A DNA stretch of 64,000 bases from Octopus vulgaris (lineage: Eukaryota). Positions 57,910-64,000 of this stretch are shown one piece after another. Within the stretch, counting starts at the first letter, position 1; every line of letters begins with the position of its first letter. A model generated the notes under the pieces. The model had not been told where the DNA came from. It was given only the letters and a program-made list of their open reading frames with translations, and made no database searches. A program made the translations under genes and the position numbers. The stretch is from positions 5,704,001-5,768,000 of the forward strand of contig OX597820.1 in NCBI GenBank assembly GCA_951406725.2, read 5' to 3'.

Positions 57910-59500
57910 CATACGATTAATCAAATGAAAAATAGGAGTCGTGGGATGGAAATTAGGAAACAAGCCGAGGTTGGATTATCCGCGATTGATAACACGGGTA
58001 AATATAAAACTTGGTGCTTACAGTTCGGCTTGTATCCGCGACTTTCGTGGCCAATTTTCATATACGAGTTCACATCATTGAACAAGCCGCGTATTCAAAT
58101 CATTGAACAAAAATGTAATGTGTTCATTAGCAAGTGGCTAGGCCTATCTTGGATATTGAGCAGTCCATCTTTTTATCGTAAAAGAGGCTCGTTACAGTTA
58201 CCACTGGCGTCAATAGTCGAATTTTATAAACTAGGGAAGGTACGAACGGTGATGATGCTTAGAGAGTCGAAGGACATAGAAATCAGGCGTAATCAACCAG
58301 ATGTGAAAACAGCCAGGAATTAGAAAGTAGAGATAGAGACTGATGACATTCTGTCTTCTCCTACACACCGAAATATGGTGGTTGGAACGCAAATTCATCG
58401 GAAAAGACTTGGTTTTGGCGCAGATCGGTTCAGACCATTGCAAGTATGATGCGGAGCGAATGCAAATCTGTTGTTAGCAACAGCGTTAAAACAAGAGAAG
58501 CAGAGAGAAGAGAGCTTCATTTGATCCAATGCACACCAGAAGGAGGAAAAATAAGTTGGAATGAGATATAGAGGTGGACCACATCTCGGCTAAGTTTTAT
58601 TATTCGTTCATCCTATGATGTCTTGCCATCACCTGAAATCAGAGAATGATATATACAAATGCGGCAAGGTCGGAACACTGAGACATATTCTTTCCAACTG
58701 TTCATTAGCATTGAATAGCCTTACATGGAGACGCAACCTGGTCCTTAAGGTTATTTTCAATAATATAATGAACCAAATTGATCTCAGCAAAAAATTAAAT
58801 AAATAAACCCGTTGAAAGTCCCAACTAGAGATTTCATTACCTTCGTGCGCTCAGGACAAAGAAGAACAAACTTCCTGTGAGCGATGAAAAGTGGAACGGC
58901 TATTGGGAAGTGGCTACAGATTAACCAGGGTGCCAGGGACTCTTTCCCATCCCAGATATGCAGAAACCGTACATTTTAATGTAGTGTGAAAGAAAGAAAG
59001 TTGTGAATCTATTCGAATTAACGGTACCGCATGAAGATAACATGGACACCGCTCGGGTTAGAAAGATTGACCGTTATGTAAACCTCTTCGAGGAATATGA
59101 AGACTCAGGCCGGAAAGCGGAGTATTTTCCAATCGAAGACGGATGTAGAGGATTTGTTGGACACAGTGTGAGGCGACAGCTGTTATCGTTAGGCCTAACT
59201 CACCGTAAAGTAAATAACACCATGACCGATATCCAAACAACAGTGGAAAAGGCTAGCCACTGGATTTGGTTAAAAGGAGACGATGAGCAATGGCTTGAAG
59301 AATATGGAGCTATATGTAATAACCAGTTGATCTAGCAAGAGGGGCCTCATATCAGTGAGGTGGTGTTGGTGTGCAATGATGCCGTCAAAAGGTCGGCCCC
59401 GAAACGGCGCACATTCTGTCTCGATGATGGCTTCCGGTATGCAGACCTTTTGACTGATAGCACTTGCACGTGCAAGTTGTTTGCAGAACAGCATATAACT
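57910..59500 (+). mobile_element. HERO-clade (RLE) non-LTR retrotransposon, 5'-truncated and decayed
   Basis: GKYKTWCLQFGLYPRLSWP, KWLGL, LQLPLASIVE, CGKVGTLRHILSNC, ELTVPHED..RKIDRY, PIEDGCRGFVG, EKASHWIWLK. Confidence 0.88.
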
Positions 59501-59522
59501 TAAACTATATCTAATGTTTATT

Positions 59523-59746
59523 AGGGCAGTGAGCTGGCAGAATCGTTAGCACGCCGGACGAAATGCGTAGCCGTATTTCGTCTGCTGTTACGTTCTGAGT
59601 TCAAATTCCGCCGAGGTCAACTTTGCCTTTCGGGGTCGATAAATTAAGTACTAGTTACGCACTGGGGTCAATGTAATCGACTTAATCGTTTGTCTGTCCT
59701 TGTTTGCCCCCTCTGTGTTTGGCCCCTTGTGGGTAGTAAATAAATA
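59523..59746 (+). mobile_element. SINE family A
   Basis: Family consensus; imperfect TSD tatct(a/t)atgtttatta. Confidence 0.9.
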
Positions 59747-60769
59747 TTTATCTTATGTTTATTACACTATACCTATATATGAAACGGCGTTATCTTTCTA
59801 CATTATCATAATATATTGAGATCTACATTATCGAAATATGTGTGTGACTACATTACCTACGCACATTATAATGCTCTATCTAGACTTACATTATTCGACA
59901 AAGCTGAAGGGTGATAATTCGGTTGACAATGAAGCGTTGATTTTTGTCTCTTGCGTTCAGAAATGCCCGTGGGAGACCAGTGTCCCATGCAAATGAAGGC
60001 ACAGTACCCTAAGATAAAAGAAACGTCGACCACCTTCTAGATTAATCTTAACTGTATAGAGGGATTAGGTTTATCTGGTGGCGTGTATGTATATGTGCGC
60101 GCGTGTGTTTGTCTTTGTGTGTGTATATAAGGGGCTTAGTTTCGGATGATAAACAACCATAGTGAAGTTGTGGTTAAAAAAGGAGGTGCTAAATATTTTT
60201 AATGTCTTTAGAGGTTAGTGATGGCTGATAACTGACATAGTTGATGAGGAGGATATGGTTAAGAAGGGAGGTCAGTGGATATATTCAATGTCTCCAGAGA
60301 TGAGCGAATCGCTCGACTGAGTGCAATAAAAGTACGTTATGACGTGCTAATGTGACCCAGTTGAATAATTACTGGAATTAGGTCAAGTTTGGGGAGTGGG
60401 GTAAAAGTGAACCCTCACTTAAGTGCAACATATGTAATGCAAACTGGATGTACACCGTAACAGCGTGGTAGATGCTGCGGCTTAACGAGGTGATGTGTCG
60501 CCAGGGAGACATCATAGAGTTAGGGAGACATCGTAGGAGTAAATAAATTCACTGGATGAGTTCCTTAAACACACACGGAAGCACACACGAGCACACACAT
60601 AAACTCGCACACAATCATACATGCGAATATACTAGGTGGATTTGTATGTATGTATGTACATATGTATACGCACATACACGCATATATCTATGTATCTACC
60701 ACCGAAGTATAGATGTGTGAGCATGTGTATCTGTATACATATGTATGTATCTGTATATATATGCATGTA

Positions 60770-60823
<54 letters not shown>

Positions 60824-60866
60824 AACTTAGATAAACTTAGATATGTTTCGACCAATGATTGGTCCA

Positions 60867-60906
<40 letters not shown>

Positions 60907-60912
<6 letters not shown>

Positions 60913-61027
60913 TTTATAGAAGGAGCTTCTACAGGACTAGAAGCTCCTTCTATAAAATAAATTAATTTACTCTGCTATGTATTGAGTACCTTATTTACTG
61001 TGGTTAACCCCGACTCAACCCGGGACC

Positions 61028-61030
<3 letters not shown>
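60907..61030. mobile_element. Small fold-back PLE-like insertion in (TA)n
   Basis: Perfect 25-bp arms (60907-60931 / 60938-60962), 6-nt loop, and a tail of about 68 nt. Confidence 0.7.
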
Positions 61031-61119
<89 letters not shown>

Positions 61120-63312
61120 GATATATATACACATATATATATATGCATTTATATGTATATTTATATATATACTTATATATATATATACATACATATATAT
61201 ATATATAAATATATGCATGTATATATATATATATAAATATATGCATGTATATATATATATATATATATACTCACACATTGTCTATTAATCTATCTATCTA
61301 TCTGTGTGTGTGTATATGTATGTTGAGGTGCATCTGTTGTTGAGTGAGACGTGGTATTTATTGGTAAATGTTAGCAACTGTTTGACACAGTTCTGCCTGC
61401 AATGGACCAGAAAACGGGACAGAAAGGAACAGAGGAGCAGAATTCAATATGTTGGTCGCAATCCAAATATCTCTTGTTGTTCTTACATCTAACATAGATT
61501 TATCCAAAACAACTCACACACAAACACACACAAACACATGTTCGCTTAAATACATTTTTGAAGACCTCAATAGACATTGGCGTACATCTGTACTTACGTA
61601 AATGTGTATATGTATATATATATATATTCGTGTATGTGTGTGTACGTATGCGTGTGTGAGTATGTGTGTGTGTAAGTGTGTGTATTTGGTAGAAAAGTGA
61701 GGATAAATAGGACTCCGTACATGAATACATATATACGTTTTGTTATTTTACGAAACAAAGGTTAGAATATGGCACAGGGGTCCAGACTATCCCACACAGC
61801 GATTACCAAACTTAGCAAGAATGCTAAATTCCAAACTCCAATCTCGCGACACTTGAGTCAATTTCTAGCTTCTACTGATTAATACAATATAATATATTAT
61901 ATGATACACACACACATGTATATATATATATGATATATGTATATATATAATATATGATATATAGTGTATATGTATATCTTGGTTAGATACCTAGCTCTAG
62001 ATAATGTAATGCTATTGTGTAATATGTAATATATGAGAGCCTTTTATGAGTTTGGTTTGTTTAGGTTGAGAATCTAGGTTTTTTGTATGTGTTTATTTGG
62101 CAGGTTTATATTGTATATTTGGTCTTTCTTTGTACTCACCTTGATTTGTATCTTATGCTATTTACTAATAAACGTTTTCATTTACATACATTTGGCTTTA
62201 TAAATATTACCAGCCTTATAATTTTGGTCTATATCTATAGTCTTCTGGATCTGTACTTTAAATTATCCTTCCATACATGTTTACTTTCATCAATATAATA
62301 TATATATTCACTTTATTTTTTTATTTTATTGTAATGGTATCTATCTCTGCATTTAGTCTTCTAATTATTTATTTATTTGCTTATTTAAGTGTAGATTTAT
62401 ACATACATATCAAGTCATCTAATTTGTTATCTATTTATTTTTTACTTATTTACTTATACAAGTGTAGTTTTATACATACATATCTATCATTTATTTTTAT
62501 TTTATTTTATTAATATATGAATACATATATACCGGTTTGTACATATAATATGTGTGTAACCGTAATTATTCCTTCTTATTTATTTTATCACATTTTATCT
62601 TAAGTATTTATAATATATAATATTTTAAAAAATTTCTGTGATGTTCTCATTTACGATTGCATTAGTACTTCCCCATGTTGATATTATTTAATGCCTAATC
62701 TGGTATATTATGGCATTAAATTTATTAAGTAAATAAGAGATATATTTATAATATATAAATTAATATATATTTTATAACTTAGCGTACTTGGAATCATAAC
62801 AAACTTACGGTAGTTCTAATAACCGGTATGTTTACTATGCAATAAACCGGTGTTACAAATTTTAAGTTACCCAATGAAATAGTATCTGACATCGTAACAT
62901 ACTGATATTTAAAAATATATTTATCTTTAAATTAAATATTTTATGAAATGCATGAGTGGATCTTTTTTGTTATTTGAGACATAGTTATAATTTTGAAAGA
63001 CTAAATGGCAGCATAGTTGCTCCCCTTTTTGTTTATCTATGTGCTAGTTGTTGCTTGTGGTTATGTATGTGTATAAGTGTATGTGTGTGTGTATACATAT
63101 AATTATGTATGTATGTGCGATTGATCTGTGGATGCGCGTGTGAATATTGGCGTTCCTTGACTAACCAACCGTAAAATTTCTTTTGTGATTTAAATTTCAA
63201 ACTACTAGCCAATCGTATTAATCTAAATAATCATTACCTAGTGGTCAGAATCTCTAAACTCATAGTTATTTCGATCTTGAAAGGATGGACTTGGTGCAAA
63301 CATAACTGTATC

Positions 63313-63343
<31 letters not shown>

Positions 63344-63676
63344 ATTAATAGGAATTTTTATTGACTTTTATAGCTTTATAATTTTATGAACTGAACCATG
63401 GTTTTAATTATTATTTTTCATCTCCCTATGTGTTAGTTTTTTAAAACTATTAGCCAAATATGTATAATAACTGTGCTTATTAATATTAATATATACACTG
63501 ATATATATTTTGTTTCATTTTGTTTTGTTTACCTTGCATTATTGTACCAATGAGTATTATATTATATAAGTGTAGCATTATGAAGTTTATGCATAAGTTT
63601 TTATATTTTACATTTTTATATTTTTATATTTATATGTATATGGAAAAATAATTTTTTTCAAAATTATAACAAATTT

Positions 63677-63791
63677 AATTCTCTGAAGAGGCCGTGGGGC
63701 ATCCTTGTTAATGCCTCATTTATACCTGCCTTTATGGCTTATAGGTTAAATGAGGTATGACTGCCCTCGCTGCCGAAACAGCTGTCAGATT
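63677..63791 (+). ncRNA. Type-I hammerhead ribozyme with a ~85-nt stem II
   Basis: tct CTGAAGA ggc...gcc GAAAC agct GTC aga; core intact; stem II pairs ggggca/tgccct and atgcctcattta/taaatgaggtat. Confidence 0.85.
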
Positions 63792-64000
63792 GATTTAATT
63801 ACATATTATATTTGAAATTTTATACTTATATCTCTTTGTCTATTTACTTTTACTGTATATTTTGTATAATGCCTTTACTGATATGTAATGGTGTAATAAA
63901 GTAATGTTTGGGTATCATCTGATAGTTGATGTTTTATTGATTTAAGTATGTTTCTCCATTCTCTAATTTTGTAGTATTAATTTACGGTAATATTATTACC

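Noticed and set aside
57586-58323. 245-aa ORF as a novel gene
   Set aside because: It is a chance in-frame fusion of the SINE C body, its CAA tail and a HERO fragment.
60165-60300. Two diverged ~45-bp direct repeats
   Set aside because: Only two weak copies; likely an old local duplication.
62880-62960. Hammerhead-like CTGATA...GAAATGCATG
   Set aside because: Core and cleavage triplet are both defective; it may be a decayed copy but cannot be supported.

Overview
AT-rich, microsatellite-saturated animal DNA that is intergenic or intronic. The SINE repertoire looks cephalopod/octopus-like, which is an inference from recognition and not a database result. No host protein-coding gene, rRNA, true tRNA gene or CRISPR array can be supported, and nearly all listed ORFs are translations of simple repeats. 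The recognisable content is mobile DNA: 5'-truncated R4/Dong-type, Tx1-type, HERO-type, RTE and CR1 non-LTR retrotransposons, Penelope-like element (PLE) fragments, non-autonomous Helitrons plus a RepHel fragment, and three tRNA-derived SINE families. Two patterns stand out. (1) About a dozen minimal type-I hammerhead-ribozyme motifs, including core variants and long stem-II forms, sit in short, often fold-back PLE-derived inserts, mostly in or beside (TA)n tracts. (2) Each retroelement family sits in its own microsatellite class: R4/Dong in (TAA)n, a second R4 family in (CATA)n, Tx1 in (ATCT)n, PLEs in (TA)n, and one SINE in (CAA)n. There is also a 330-bp inverted duplication across an RTE/R4 junction. 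All coordinates were read by eye and may be off by a few bases.
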